NCBI GenBank assembly: GCA_963777605.1
Contig: CAVZRV010000007.1
Span: 1,087,914 to 1,151,913, forward strand
Length of the DNA: 64,000 bases
Direction: 5' to 3'
Source: an uncultured Acidobacteriota bacterium
GTDB lineage: Bacteria; Acidobacteriota; UBA6911; RPQK01; JAPXNP01
Part shown: piece by piece, positions 33,911 to 45,100 of the stretch
Layout: every line of letters begins with the position of its first letter
Numbering within the stretch: position 1 is the stretch's first letter
Made by a program: the position numbers and the translations under genes
The notes under the pieces: generated by a model
Seen by the model: only the letters and a program-made list of their open reading frames with translations
Database searches by the model: none
Told to the model about the DNA's origin: nothing

Positions 33911-35745
33911 CATCCACCCGACTGCCCCACACCGGGTTCCCATCAACCCGACCGTGTCGCCTCGCGCCGGGCTCCCATCAACCCGACGGTGTCGCCTGGC
34001 GCCGGGTTCCCATCAACCCGACCGTGTCGCCTGGCGCCGGGTTCCCATCGGCCCAGACGTGGTGGCCGTCGTGGGTTTCCAATAACCTGGGCATGGCCCC
34101 CACCCGTGGGTGACCACCGGCCCGGCCCCTGAAGGGGGCCCGTTTCAGCCCAGGCATTTGCCTGGGTACCCGGGTCCCGCCCACCAAGATGCGGCCCTGA
34201 AGGGGCCGCCAACCCCGCCGGACGCCAACCCGGCGACCTTACAGGCCGCGATCGGGAGACCCGCCGCGAAACCCAGGGCAAGCCCCGGGCTGAAACACGG
34301 CGCCTTTCAGCGCCGAAATCGAGGCGTTCCAGAATTGGCGGCCATCAGCCCGACCGTGTCGCCTCGCGCCGGGTTCCCATCAACCCGACGGTGTCGCCTG
34401 GTGCCGGGTTCCCATCAACCCGACCGTGTCGCCTGGCGCCGGGTTCCCATCAAGCCCGACGGTGTCGCCTCGGCGCCGGGTTCCCATCAAGCCCGATCGT
34501 GTCGCCCGGCGGCGGGTTCCCATCAGCCCAGACGTGGTGGCCGTCGTGGGTTTCCAATAACCTGGGCATGGCCCCCACCCGTGGGTGACCACCGGCCCGG
34601 CCCCTGAAGGGGGCCCGTTTCAGCCCAGGCATTTGCCTGGGTACCCGGGTCCCGCCCACCAAGATGCGGCCCTGAAGGGGCCGACCACCGGCCCGGACGG
34701 CAATCCCCCGTAGATTCCCAAACTCGAACGTTACTTATATACGAAAGGAGCCGTCCATGTCGCAGTCGCTATCGTGCGTGATCATACACTTGGTGTTCTC
34801 GACCAAGTCCCGAATTCCCCTGATTTCCCTTCAACTCGAGAAGAGGCTGAAACCTACTCTTCAAAGGATCCTGCAATCCGAAGGCTGTGACCCCATCGCC
34901 GTAGGATGCTCGGACGACCATGTCCACACCCTCTCCTATCTCTCGCGAACCGTAACCATCAGCGGCCTGGTCGGGCGGGTCAAAGGGTTGTCGTCGAGTT
35001 GGGTCCACAATAGCTTTCGGATGCGGAGAAAGTTTGCCTGGCAGGCTGGTTACGCCGCGTTCTCGGTCAGTCCCTCCAAGCTCAAGGCCACGGCGAATTA
35101 TGTCGAAAATCAGAGAGAGCACCATCGACATCGAGGTTTTCAGGAGGAAGTCAGAGAACTTCTGCGTATCCACGACGTGAAATTCGACGAACGATACCTG
35201 TGGGATTGACACAACGGGATCCCGAGCCGACCGCCAACCCCGCCGGACGGAGACCCGGCGACCTTACAGGCCGCGATCGGGAGACCCGCCGCGAAACCCA
35301 GGGCAAGCCCTGGGCTGAAACACGGCGCCTTTCAGCGCCGAAATCGAGGCGTTCCAGAATTGGCGGCCATCAACCCGACCGTGTCGCTCGGTGCCGGCTT
35401 CCCACAAGCCCCACGTTGTCGCTCGGCGCCGGGTTCCCATCAACCCGACCGTGTCGCCCGGTGCCGGGTTCCCATCGGCCCAGACGTGGTGGCCGTCGTG
35501 GGTTTCCAATAACCTGGGCATGGCCCCCACCCGTGGGTGACCACCGGCCCGGCCCCTGAAGGGGGCCCGTTTCAGCCCAGGCATTTGCCTGGGTACCCGG
35601 GTCCCGCCCACCAAGATGCGGCCCTGAAGGGGCCGCCAACCCCGCCGGACGCCAACCCGGCGACCTTACAGGCCGCGATCGGGAGACCCGCCGCGAAACC
35701 CAGGGCAAGCCCCGGGCTGAAACACGGCGCCTTCAGCGCCGAAAT
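33911..35745. mobile_element. Repeat-module cluster around a Y1 transposase: [35-mer array]-A-B / [35-mer array]-A-tnpA-B / [35-mer array]-A-B
   Basis: Near-identical blocks at ~33911-34340, 34341-34690 plus 35235-35365, and 35366-35745; A (GGCCCCTGAAGGGGGCC...TTTCAGCCCAGG) and B (...GGGCTGAAACACGGCGCCTTTCAGCGCC) are imperfect inverted repeats. Confidence 0.85.
34757..35209 (+). CDS. tnpA: IS200/IS605-family HUH Y1 transposase, probably REP-associated (RAYT-like)
   Basis: IHLVFSTK.R, DHVH (HUH), K..SS.W, FAWQAGYAAFSVS, YVENQREHH; AAGGAG RBS. Confidence 0.92.
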   Translation: MSQSLSCVIIHLVFSTKSRIPLISLQLEKRLKPTLQRILQSEGCDPIAVGCSDDHVHTLSYLSRTVTISGLVGRVKGLSSSWVHNSFRMRRKFAWQAGYAAFSVSPSKLKATANYVENQREHHRHRGFQEEVRELLRIHDVKFDERYLWD

Positions 35746-35820
35746 CCCGCCGCGCCAAGACCCCGACCGAACCCCCAAGACCCTAAACCCCGGAACCCCG
35801 AAACCCGAAACCCGAAACCC

Positions 35821-36711
35821 CTACCCCACAAGTCCCAGTTCCGCCATAGCGCGTTGTAGCTTGGGACGGTTTGCCTCGGCGAGGGTTACCAAGGGAAGCC
35901 GGTACACTTCCTGGATTCTGCCAGTCATGGCCAGGGCCGCCTTGATCGGGATCGGGTTCGATTCAACGAAGCAGAGGTCCATCAGGGCCAGGAGCCGGTA
36001 ATGGATTTCGCGGGCTTTCTCCCAGTGGCCGTCGAGAGCGGCCCGGACCATTCTGGAGAAGGCACCCGGCACTGCGTTTGCCACGACCGAGATCGCGCCG
36101 TCGCCGCCCAGAGAGACCAGGGGCAAAGTAACCGCGTCGTCGCCCGAAAGGACCACGAACCCATCCGGCCGTTCCCGAATGATGTGCATGATCTGGGAGA
36201 AGTTGCCACTTGCTTCCTTGATCCCCACCACGTTGGGAAGCTGGGAGAGCCGCAAGGTCGTCTCCGCGCTGATGTTGGATCCGGTTCGCCCCGGGACGTT
36301 GTAGAGGAGTACCGGCAGAGAGGTCGATTCGGCAACCGCCTTGAAGTGCTGGAAGTAGCCCTCCTGGGTCGGCTTGTTGTAGTAGGGGCCGACCAGGAGA
36401 ACGCCGTCTGCGCCCAGTTTCCCGGCTTCGACGGTCAGGTGGATCGACTCGGTGGTGGAGTTGCTGCCGGTACCCGCGATGACCGGGCACTTGCCGGCGG
36501 CCTGTTCGATGATGACCTCGATCACGCGCAGGTGTTCCTCCATCGACATGGTGGCTGATTCGCCCGTCGTTCCTGTCGCCAGCAGGCAGTCGATGCCTTC
36601 CGATATTTGCCAGTCAACCAGGTCGCGAAGCGCCTTTTCGTCGACGGCACCCTTTTGGTCAAACGGAGTCACGAGGGCAACAGTAGCTCCGCGGAAGATT
36701 CCTCCGGTCAT
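35821..36711 (-). CDS. dapA: 4-hydroxy-tetrahydrodipicolinate synthase
   Basis: ALVTPF, GTTGES, PYYNKP, LYNVPGRTG, GIKEASG, SNPIPIK. Confidence 0.97.
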   Translation of the reverse strand: MTGGIFRGATVALVTPFDQKGAVDEKALRDLVDWQISEGIDCLLATGTTGESATMSMEEHLRVIEVIIEQAAGKCPVIAGTGSNSTTESIHLTVEAGKLGADGVLLVGPYYNKPTQEGYFQHFKAVAESTSLPVLLYNVPGRTGSNISAETTLRLSQLPNVVGIKEASGNFSQIMHIIRERPDGFVVLSGDDAVTLPLVSLGGDGAISVVANAVPGAFSRMVRAALDGHWEKAREIHYRLLALMDLCFVESNPIPIKAALAMTGRIQEVYRLPLVTLAEANRPKLQRAMAELGLVG

Positions 36712-36715
36712 GGTG

Positions 36716-37444
36716 TCACTCTTCTCTCCTGGACCACTCGCTGACGAAGTCGTCCATAGTAAAAATCCCCGATCGGCCCGCGAGCCACTCCCCAGCCAGA
36801 ACGGCACCCCGGGCGAATCCCTCGCGACCGTGGGCCTGGTGGGTGAGGGTGATGCTGTCGGACTCCGAGTCGAAACCAACCTGGTGAGTGCCGGGTATCC
36901 GGCCTGCGCGGGTCGAGGTGACGTGGAGTTCCGCGGGATCGATCCGACGGTCGCAGCTTTCCCCCAGCATGCGGTCTTTTCCCGGCAGTACATCGAGCAG
37001 GAGCGCAGCCAGTTTGCGGGCCGTACCGCTGGGGCTGTCGGCTTTCCCCGAATGATGCCACTCGTGAACATAGGTGTCGTAGTCGAGGCCTCCCAGCAGC
37101 TTCCCTGCTGTTTCCACCAGCCGCATGAACTGGTAGACGCCGATTGAGAAGTTGGGGCTGTGGACCATGGTGAGCCCGGGAATCGCCCGGACGTCGTCGA
37201 ACTGGTCGTACCACCCGGTGGTACCTTCGACTACCGGAACCCCAGCCGACGCGGCGACGCGCAAAACAGGCAATACGGCCCCGGCCAGCGAGAAATCGAT
37301 CAGGACCTCGACTCCCGCCAGCTCCCCAGGGCTTTCGATCGGCCGATCGACGTCGAAGACGGCCTGGACGAGGTGGTCCCGCTCGCGGGCGACCCGCTCC
37401 ACTTCCCGGCCCATTCGTCCATAGCCCACCAATGCAATATTCAT
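36716..37444 (-). CDS. dapB: 4-hydroxy-tetrahydrodipicolinate reductase
   Basis: GYGRMG, IDFS, GTTGW, E.HH..K.DSPSGTA, R.GFARGA. Confidence 0.95.
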   Translation of the reverse strand: MNIALVGYGRMGREVERVARERDHLVQAVFDVDRPIESPGELAGVEVLIDFSLAGAVLPVLRVAASAGVPVVEGTTGWYDQFDDVRAIPGLTMVHSPNFSIGVYQFMRLVETAGKLLGGLDYDTYVHEWHHSGKADSPSGTARKLAALLLDVLPGKDRMLGESCDRRIDPAELHVTSTRAGRIPGTHQVGFDSESDSITLTHQAHGREGFARGAVLAGEWLAGRSGIFTMDDFVSEWSRREE

Positions 37445-38826
37445 CGCGCGAAAATGGCCTCGTTCAGGTCCCGGGTGAAGAAAGAGTAGTGCAGTCGGTT
37501 GATCACTCTCGGGAGGTCTGCTTCATCAATAACAAAACTGACGTTAATTTTCGAGGCTCCCTGCGAAATCAGGTTGACCGCCACATCTACCAGTTGGGAG
37601 AAAACCTGTCCCGGAAGCCCCGGCTGGCGGCAGATGTTGGATCCGACCAGGCAGACCACAGCCTGTTCCCGGCGCATCTCCACCTGGGCGACCTCGGAAA
37701 GCTCCTTGATGATCTGGTCGATGTTCTCCAGGTTGTCGATTGTCAAAGAGACGCTGACTTCCGACGTGGCCACCAGGTCAACCGGTGTTTCGTAACGGTT
37801 GAATATTTCGAAGATGGTCGCCAAAAAGCCGTAGGCCATCAGCATCCGGCTGGACTTGATGTCGAGGACCGTCAGCCCTTCCTTGTACGCGATCGACTTG
37901 ACGACCGGGGCATCGGTTTCGGCGGTGCCGGTGTCGGGCAGGATTTCCGTCCCCGGCAGGGAGGGGTTCATGGAGTTCAGAACCCAGACCGAGATTCCCT
38001 CCTCGACTGCCGGAAGCAGGGTAGAGGGGTGCAACACCTTGGCCCCAAAGTAGGCCAGCTCAGCGGCTTCCTCGAAGGTCATTCGACGGATCCGCTTGAC
38101 GTCCCGAACCAGTGACGGGTCGGCCGTCATGATCCCGTCAACGTCGGTCCAGATCTCTACGGCGTCGACCGACAGCAGGCCGCCGAGGGCGGTGGCGCTG
38201 TAGTCCGAGCCTCCCCGACCGAAGGTCGTGATCCGTCCCCTGGCGTCGGAACCGATGAACCCCTGGACGACCGGCACCTCTCCGGCCTCAACGACGGGTC
38301 GAATTTGCCCCACCGCTCGCGGTCTCGACTCCCCCACTACCGGGCGGGCCTTGCCGAACCGGGAGTCGGTGAAGAAGACCTTTCGCGCGTCAACCCACCG
38401 GGCCGGGATGCCCTGCTTGCGAAGGAAACAGGGGAGGATGTTGCAGGAGAAATACTCTCCCCAGCTCAAGCAGTCGTCGAGAAGGTCCTTCTCGACCGAG
38501 CCGGCTTCGAACAGGCTTTCGGTTACCCGCACCAGCTCCGCGGTCACCTCGTCGAGGAGACGAATCATGGAGGGGTCATCCCGGAGTCCCAACTGGGACA
38601 GGATGACGACGTGTTTCTTAATGATCCAGTCAGCCAGCGCCGTCGCCTTCTCACGGTCGCGGGACGCGGCGGCGTGGGCGAGAGAAACCAGCTCATCGGT
38701 GGTTTTGGCGGTTGCCGACGAAACCACGACCGGGCGCCGGGAAAGCCGGCTGCGGATAATTTCAACGACTCTTTCAATCGCTTCGGCACTTCCCACCGAA
38801 GTGCCTCCGAACTTCATGACGATCAT
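37441..38826 (-). CDS. lysC: Aspartate kinase (AKIII-like)
   Basis: VMKFGGTSVG, GRGGSDYSA, IWTDVDG, ELAYFGAKVLHP, two ACT domains. Confidence 0.95.
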   Translation of the reverse strand: MIVMKFGGTSVGSAEAIERVVEIIRSRLSRRPVVVSSATAKTTDELVSLAHAAASRDREKATALADWIIKKHVVILSQLGLRDDPSMIRLLDEVTAELVRVTESLFEAGSVEKDLLDDCLSWGEYFSCNILPCFLRKQGIPARWVDARKVFFTDSRFGKARPVVGESRPRAVGQIRPVVEAGEVPVVQGFIGSDARGRITTFGRGGSDYSATALGGLLSVDAVEIWTDVDGIMTADPSLVRDVKRIRRMTFEEAAELAYFGAKVLHPSTLLPAVEEGISVWVLNSMNPSLPGTEILPDTGTAETDAPVVKSIAYKEGLTVLDIKSSRMLMAYGFLATIFEIFNRYETPVDLVATSEVSVSLTIDNLENIDQIIKELSEVAQVEMRREQAVVCLVGSNICRQPGLPGQVFSQLVDVAVNLISQGASKINVSFVIDEADLPRVINRLHYSFFTRDLNEAIFAR

Positions 38827-39039
38827 ATGCTCGAATACCCTACTCCTGCCGGTCCCCGCAGTTCAATTCAGCCAAAAACATTTATGACCTGCGATTTGTG
38901 ATTTGTGATTGGGAGGCCGGACGACCGGTGGCGGGGTTCAGGAGTTCCACGTTGAACGTGGAACCTCGAACCAGGACACTCTTAGCCCGCTTCCCGCTTC
39001 CCGCTTCCCGCTTCCCGTAACCAATCACAAATCAAAAAT

Positions 39040-39714
39040 CTAAAACCCAAATTCCGCGAGTTCCTCCATCCGGTCAAACACCAGCTCCGCTCCCTTCTCG
39101 AGGAGAAGACCGGCCAGGCCGGGGAAGCTGTGGCTGCCCCCGGTGAAGCCGAGCACCCGCATGCCTGCCGCTCGGGCTCCCTGGACGCCCGCCGGACTGT
39201 CTTCAACCACGGTGCAAGACTCCGGCGGCACCCCCATCTGCGTGGCTGCGAACAGGAACAGGTCGGGGTGCGGTTTCCCCCGGGGAACCTGGGTTGCGCT
39301 GAAGATATTCTCGTCGAAGAAGTGATCGAGGTGAGTCAGGTCAAGATTTCGGCGAAGGCGTTCGGGCCGGCTTCCGGATGCGACGCAGAGTCGGCAGGTC
39401 AAGTGCTCGAGGACGTGTTCGACTCCGGGGATCGCGTGCAACTCGCGCTCGAAGGCAGTAGCCACCAGGCGTTGGGTTGCGACAGCAAAGCCGGCAGGCA
39501 ACTCGACTCCCGAGCGGGCTGCCAGTTCTCTCCAGACTTCTTCTTCCTCGGTGCGGCCCAGGGCAGTTTCCAGGTACTCCTCGAAGCTGAGGCGGCAGCC
39601 GAGCTTGCGCAGTTGCTCGAGTTCGATCCGGGCACCAATCCCCTCACTGTCAATGAGCACCCCGTCGCAGTCGAAGATGAGCACCGCCACTGAGTTCGTC
39701 GTCGCCATAGTCAT
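39040..39714 (-). CDS. HAD family hydrolase
   Basis: IFDCDGVLIDSE, GKPHPDLF, VVEDS..GV..A.AAGM. Confidence 0.92.
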   Translation of the reverse strand: MTMATTNSVAVLIFDCDGVLIDSEGIGARIELEQLRKLGCRLSFEEYLETALGRTEEEEVWRELAARSGVELPAGFAVATQRLVATAFERELHAIPGVEHVLEHLTCRLCVASGSRPERLRRNLDLTHLDHFFDENIFSATQVPRGKPHPDLFLFAATQMGVPPESCTVVEDSPAGVQGARAAGMRVLGFTGGSHSFPGLAGLLLEKGAELVFDRMEELAEFGF

Positions 39715-39880
39715 ATGGGCACATATGATAGCGAAGGCGGGACGGTTTCGGGTGTGGGGCGCTTCTCCGGACCTCCATCCTTTGCTCTATCCTCACCGAC
39801 CCCGCCCACCCGGAACCCCGGAACCTCGGAACGCCTCCCCGTCCGGTTACCTTGAGCATGCGTCTTGGGGAGATTCATTT

Positions 39881-40242
39881 GGGGTGCGGAACCGAAAGGT
39901 TCCGCTTTGAAACCGGGCACGTCGAACGGAAGCGAAAGCTTCCGCCGTGCTGAACGACGAAGACGCCTTATGGGCGAAGCTGCAGGCCCGGAGTGATTCG
40001 GAAGTCTGAATTTCGAATGCGAATCCGAATAGCGAACTCGAAGGCCGAAACCGATGTGCGAACTCGGAATTTCACTCACCCTTTGCCCTTCCCACTTCGC
40101 AATTTGAAAAGGCTCCTTCACGAGGGCCAGCCGACCGCTCAACCACGCCCGAGGTGAGAGCCAACGGAAGCTTTCGCTTCCTGAGAACGGTCGAACCGTT
40201 CCACGTTGGACAAAAGCGGAAGCTGTCGCTTCCAGCACTCCA
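39881..40242. repeat. REPIN/MITE-like family B; further copies at 41551-41804, 47841-48203, 48397-48749, 54280-54531, 55937-56188, partial copies at 26781-26868 and 51977-52264
   Basis: Ends GG(A/G)GTGCGGAACC.A.AGGTTCCGCTTT and AAAGCGGAAGCTGTCGCTTCCAGCACTCCA; inner hairpins CGGAAGCGAAAGCTTCCG and CGGAAGCTTTCGCTTCC. Confidence 0.9.
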
Positions 40243-40404
40243 CATGAAAGTGTCGGTTTATCAGCGGTTTATAGAAATAGCAGCATTGAGCCTTTAAGGG
40301 CTTCCCCAGAATCAGCTGAAATCACGGTACTTCGCAACCGGACAAGGGTGCCCGAAACGTTGAACCCCGGAACCCGGAACCCCGTTATTGTTATACTTCC
40401 TCCC

Positions 40405-40782
40405 ATGTCTCACCGCTTGTTCAGCCTGGCCGAGGCACGGGCGCTCTTACCGCAGGTACGCCTGCTGGTGGAGCGCTGTCAGGAGATCCTCAAGCGGCTG
40501 CAGGCCTTTGGGCCTCAGGTGAAGGAGTTTGCCGACCAGGCGCCGCAGGACGCGGGCGGAGGGGCGGGAACGCTCTACGTGGAGTACCTGATCGTGCTCC
40601 AGTCGTACATATCCCGGATCCAGGAGCCGGGTTGCCTGGTAAAGGACCTCGAGGGGGGGCTGATCGACTTTCCCCACCTCAGGGACGGGCGGGAGGTCTA
40701 CCTCTGCTGGAAATACGGCGAAGAGGACATCGAGTACTGGCACGAAGTAGACGCCGGCTTCGCCGGTAGAACAAAACTATAG
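40405..40782 (+). CDS. DUF2203 family protein
   Basis: FSLAEARALLP, VKDLE.GLIDFP, VYLCWKYGE..I.YWH....GFAGR. Confidence 0.9.
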   Translation: MSHRLFSLAEARALLPQVRLLVERCQEILKRLQAFGPQVKEFADQAPQDAGGGAGTLYVEYLIVLQSYISRIQEPGCLVKDLEGGLIDFPHLRDGREVYLCWKYGEEDIEYWHEVDAGFAGRTKL

Positions 40783-40843
40783 AATATCTACAATTTGTGA
40801 TTTTTGATTTGTGATTTTAGCGATAAGGGAGACCAGCAAGACC

Positions 40844-41447
40844 ATGAAACGATCGGCAACATTCGCCCTGTTTGGGCTTTCCGCTGTCCTGGCCTTTTCG
40901 GCCTGTTCCAAGAATGAAGCGCCTCAGGGTGAAGAAGTCCCGGTGGCGGCCAACCCGAGTGCCATGGCGACCCGGGCAGACGCCGGAGGCGGTGTCACCC
41001 TGGTGGCACCCCAGGGATGGGTATCTGAGCAGCCTTCTTCGTCGATGCGGAAGTCGCAGTACCGGCTTCCCGGGCCGGACACCGGCGGTGATGCCGAGGT
41101 GGCGGTTTTTGCGGGGATCGGGGGCTCGGCCCAGGCCAATATCGACCGCTGGATTGGGCAGTTCAGCGGACCTGACGGGTCTCCGGCGAAGGATAGCCGC
41201 CAAGGTGACCGATAAGGAGATCGGCCAGTACAAGGTCACGATGCTCGATGTCTCGGGAACCTTCAGCGGCGGCATGGGCGGCCCCATGATGGGAGGGACT
41301 CCCACTCCCGAGAAGGACTACCGGATGCTGGCAGCCGTCATCGAGACCGGGCAGGGTCCCTGGTTCGTGAAGCTGACCGGGCCCGCCAAGACCGTGGCCA
41401 AGTGGCAGGGAACCTTCGACGAGTTCATCGACAGCATTGGCAAGTAA
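40844..41447 (+). CDS. Lipoprotein of unknown function, frameshift near 41200
   Basis: Lipobox FSAC; P.GW..E.P.S.MR..QY, GGS.QANIDRW.GQF; second frame gives LDVSGT, YRMLAAVIET..GPWFVKLTGP. Confidence 0.8.
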
Positions 41448-42132
41448 TTCTTGGGCGCAGAGCGCCGACTTTGGTCGGCGCTCCTTGCGTGTCGACTATT
41501 GCCCCCCACCCTCCGGTTACCGTGTGCGTGCGTCTTGTGGGAGATTCATATGGAGTGCGGAACCGAAAGGTTCCGCTTTGAAACCCGGCAGGTCGTACGG
41601 AAGCGAAAGCTTCCGCCGTGCTGAACGACGAAGCCGCCGTCACGGAAGCCGCCTGGGTTCTGCCGGCTGCCTCGCATCGGCAGGCAGCAGGAGGACCGGG
41701 CGAGCGCATACCGAGGTGAGAGGCAACGGAAGCTTTCGCTTCCTGATGACGGGCGAACCGTTCCGCGCCAGGCAAAAGCGGAAGCTGCCGCTTCCGACAC
41801 TCCACATTAATGCGTCGATTTATCAAAGGTGTGCGGAAACCACCTCGCGCAGCCCTTAAAAGCTTCCCCAAAATCAGCTGAAACCCCCGGTGCTTCAAAA
41901 CCGGCCACAAGTGCCCGGAACATTGGACGCGGAACCTGGAACGAGACCCTCCTGATTCCCGCTTCCCTTTTCCCGATTCCCGGCTCCCTTTTCCCTCAAA
42001 CCCACGCCTCCTAACCCACGCCCCGACAATCACTTGAAAGAACTTGTGATTGTGATCACCAGACTCGTGTGACGGTCGCCACACGGAATCCTGTCCACCT
42101 CCCCCTAAGCTGTGCGCGAACGGGAGAAATGG

Positions 42133-45100
42133 ATGACTCAACACCTTTGGAAATTCGATGTCCGGAAGCGCTGCTGCCGCACATTCCTTCTCATACTGCT
42201 CTTGACCATTGCCACAACCAGCGGACTCCAGGCGGGAGTAACCCTGCAGTGGGATGCCAACTCGGAATCGGATCTGGCCGGCTATAACCTCTACCGTTCG
42301 GGGTCATCCGGCGGGCCATACAGCAAGCTCAACGGCTCCCTGATCAGCACGACTTCCTACACCGACAACACGATTATTGCCGGGAATACCTATTACTATG
42401 TTTGCACTGCCGTTAACACGTCGGGCCTGGAGAGTGGCTACTCGAACCAGGAGAGCTACGTCCTCGACATTCCCAACGACCCTCCCGTTGCTGTCGACGA
42501 CTCAGCACTGACTGTGATGAACTACGGCGTGACGGTGAGCGTGCTGGCCAACGACACCGATCCCAACGGCGACGCCCTCCAGGTCACGGGCGTCACCCAG
42601 GGAGCACACGGCAGTGTCACTTTCACGGCCACGTCGGTTCGCTACACCCCCGCGATCAACTTTTTCGGGACCGACAGTTTCTCCTACTCGATCAGCGACG
42701 GACGGGGCGGAACCGACACGGCTCTCGTTTCGGTGGTCATCTCCAAGCCCAACACCGCCCCCAACGCCGTCAACGACAGTGCCACAGTTCCGACCAACAC
42801 GGCGACTCCTATCAGTGTTCTCGCGAATGACGTCGACGCAGACGGCGATTCATTCGTGATTGTTGCAGTCACTCAGCCCTCGCATGGAGCGACCTTCTAC
42901 GCGTCCAGTTCCGTAACCTACACCCCTGAGAACGATTACACGGGAATCGACAGCTTCACCTACACGATTGCCGACGGTAAGGGCGGCACCGATTCGGCCA
43001 CGGTCTCGGTTACCGTGACTTCGACCAACCATCCGCCGACGGCCGCCAATGACAGCGCGTCGGTGGCCGAGGACGGGACCGTGACGATCGCAGTGACGGC
43101 CAACGACAGCGATGTCGATGGGGACACCCTGACGATCTCGGGCGTTACCCAGGGGGCGCACGGAGCGGTGGCGATCAACGGCGGAACCACGGTGACCTAT
43201 ACGCCCCAGGCGGGCTACAGCGGTTCGGACAGTTTCAACTACACGATCAGTGACGGTCACGGAGGATCGGCGAGCGCCGCGGTTTCAGTCCAGGTCGTTC
43301 AGAACAACTCCCAGCCGGTGGCGGCCAACGATTCCGCCTCGGTCCTGGAAGACTCCTCGGTCGTCGTCAATGTAACCGCCAACGACAGCGATCCGGACGG
43401 TGACACCCTGACGGTGTCCTCGGCAGGGGCACCGCTGCACGGGAGCACTTCGGTGGTTTCTTCGACGAGCGTGCGCTACACCCCGTCGGCCAACTACAAC
43501 GGTTCGGACAGCTTCAGCTACACGATCTCTGACGGCAAGGGTGGCACGGCGACGGCGACGGTCGCGGTCACGGTCAGCGCGGTCAACGACTTCCCGTCCG
43601 CGCACAACGACAGTGCCTCGACCCAGGAAGACCACTCCGTCACGATCACGGTCCTCTCCAATGATGAAGACGTTGACGGCGACGTGTTGAACGTGACTTC
43701 GGTCGGAGCGCCCCAGCATGGCGCGGCGGTAAAGAACGGCGATGGTTCCGTGAGCTACACGCCGGCATCGAACTTCAGCGGCAGTGACAGCTTCTCTTAC
43801 GCGATCTCCGACGGTAAGGGGGGCACTTCGGCGGCTACCGTCTCGGTCACGGTAACCGGCGTCAACGACGCCCCGAGCGCGGTCAACGACGCTGTGACTC
43901 TCCAGGAAGACACCTCGGCCACGGTCAGCGTGCTGAACAACGACTCCGATCCCGATGGCGACAGCCTGACCGTCTCGGCGGCCGGCCAGCCCCAGCACGG
44001 CACTACCGCCGTCCAGAACGGGACCTCGGTTCGCTACACTCCCGCGGCCAACTACCATGGCTCGGACACTTTCACTTACACCATCTCGGACGGCAACGGC
44101 GGCACGGCAACAGCCGCCGTCGCGGTGACGGTCAACTCCGTGAACGACGTCCCAAAGGCTCAGAATGACACCGCCTCGACTCCGGAAGGGCAGTCGGTGA
44201 CGGTCGCGGTACTGGCTAACGATTCCGATGACGATGGCGACAGCCTGGCCCTCTCCAGTGTCGGCTCTCCTTCGCACGGTACGGCGGTCAAGAACGGCAA
44301 CAACACGGTGACCTACACCCCGTCGGCCAACTTCAACGGATCCGATGCCTTCACCTACGCGATTTCCGATGGGCAGGGCGGAACCGCCTCGGCGCTGGTC
44401 AACGTGACGGTCAGTTCGGTCAGTGACGCTCCGGTGGCCAACGACGATGTCGCCACGACTCCAGAAGATTCCTCGGCCGTGATCGGTGTGACCGCCAACG
44501 ACACCGATGCCGACGGAGACACCTTGACGGTAACGGCCGTGACCCAGCCCCAGCACGGGACGGCGGCGGTGGAAGCGACCGGATCGGTGCGCTACACTCC
44601 GGCAGCGAACTACTACGGCAGCGACGCGTTCAGCTACACCGTCAGCGACGGTTCCGAGTCTTCAACGGCCCAGGTGCTGGTGACGGTGACGTCGATCAAC
44701 GACGTTCCCACGGCCTCGGCCGACACCGTCACCACGCTCAAGAACCAGGCCGTTTCGGTACCGGTGCTCTCGAACGACAGCGACGTCGATGAGGACACCC
44801 TCACGGTGACTGGTGTCACCCAGCCGCAGCACGGCTCGGCGACGATTACCGGCGGAACAGCAGTCCAGTACACGCCCGCCGACAACTACAGTGGGAGCGA
44901 CACCTTCTCCTACACGGTCGGGGACGGCAACGGCGGAGTTGCCGGTGCTACCGTGACGGTCACGATTGCGGCGACCAACGATGGGCCGACTGCGGTTGCC
45001 GACACCGTTGTGATCTCCGAGGACCAGCCGTTAGTCTTCAATCCCGCGGCCAACGACACCGATCCCGACGGCGACGTGCTCTCGGTTCAGTCGGTCAGCC

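Noticed and set aside
33911-35480. CRISPR array
   Set aside because: The 35 bp units are head-to-tail with no unique spacers, and no cas genes are present
38827-39039. Lysine riboswitch upstream of lysC
   Set aside because: Gap is largely heptamer repeats and no L-box consensus was seen
39711-40238. Repeated small ORFs (MLEATASAFVQRG..., MIIGTSYEALRW...) as a gene family
   Set aside because: They are translations of REPIN family B; frames and lengths differ between copies
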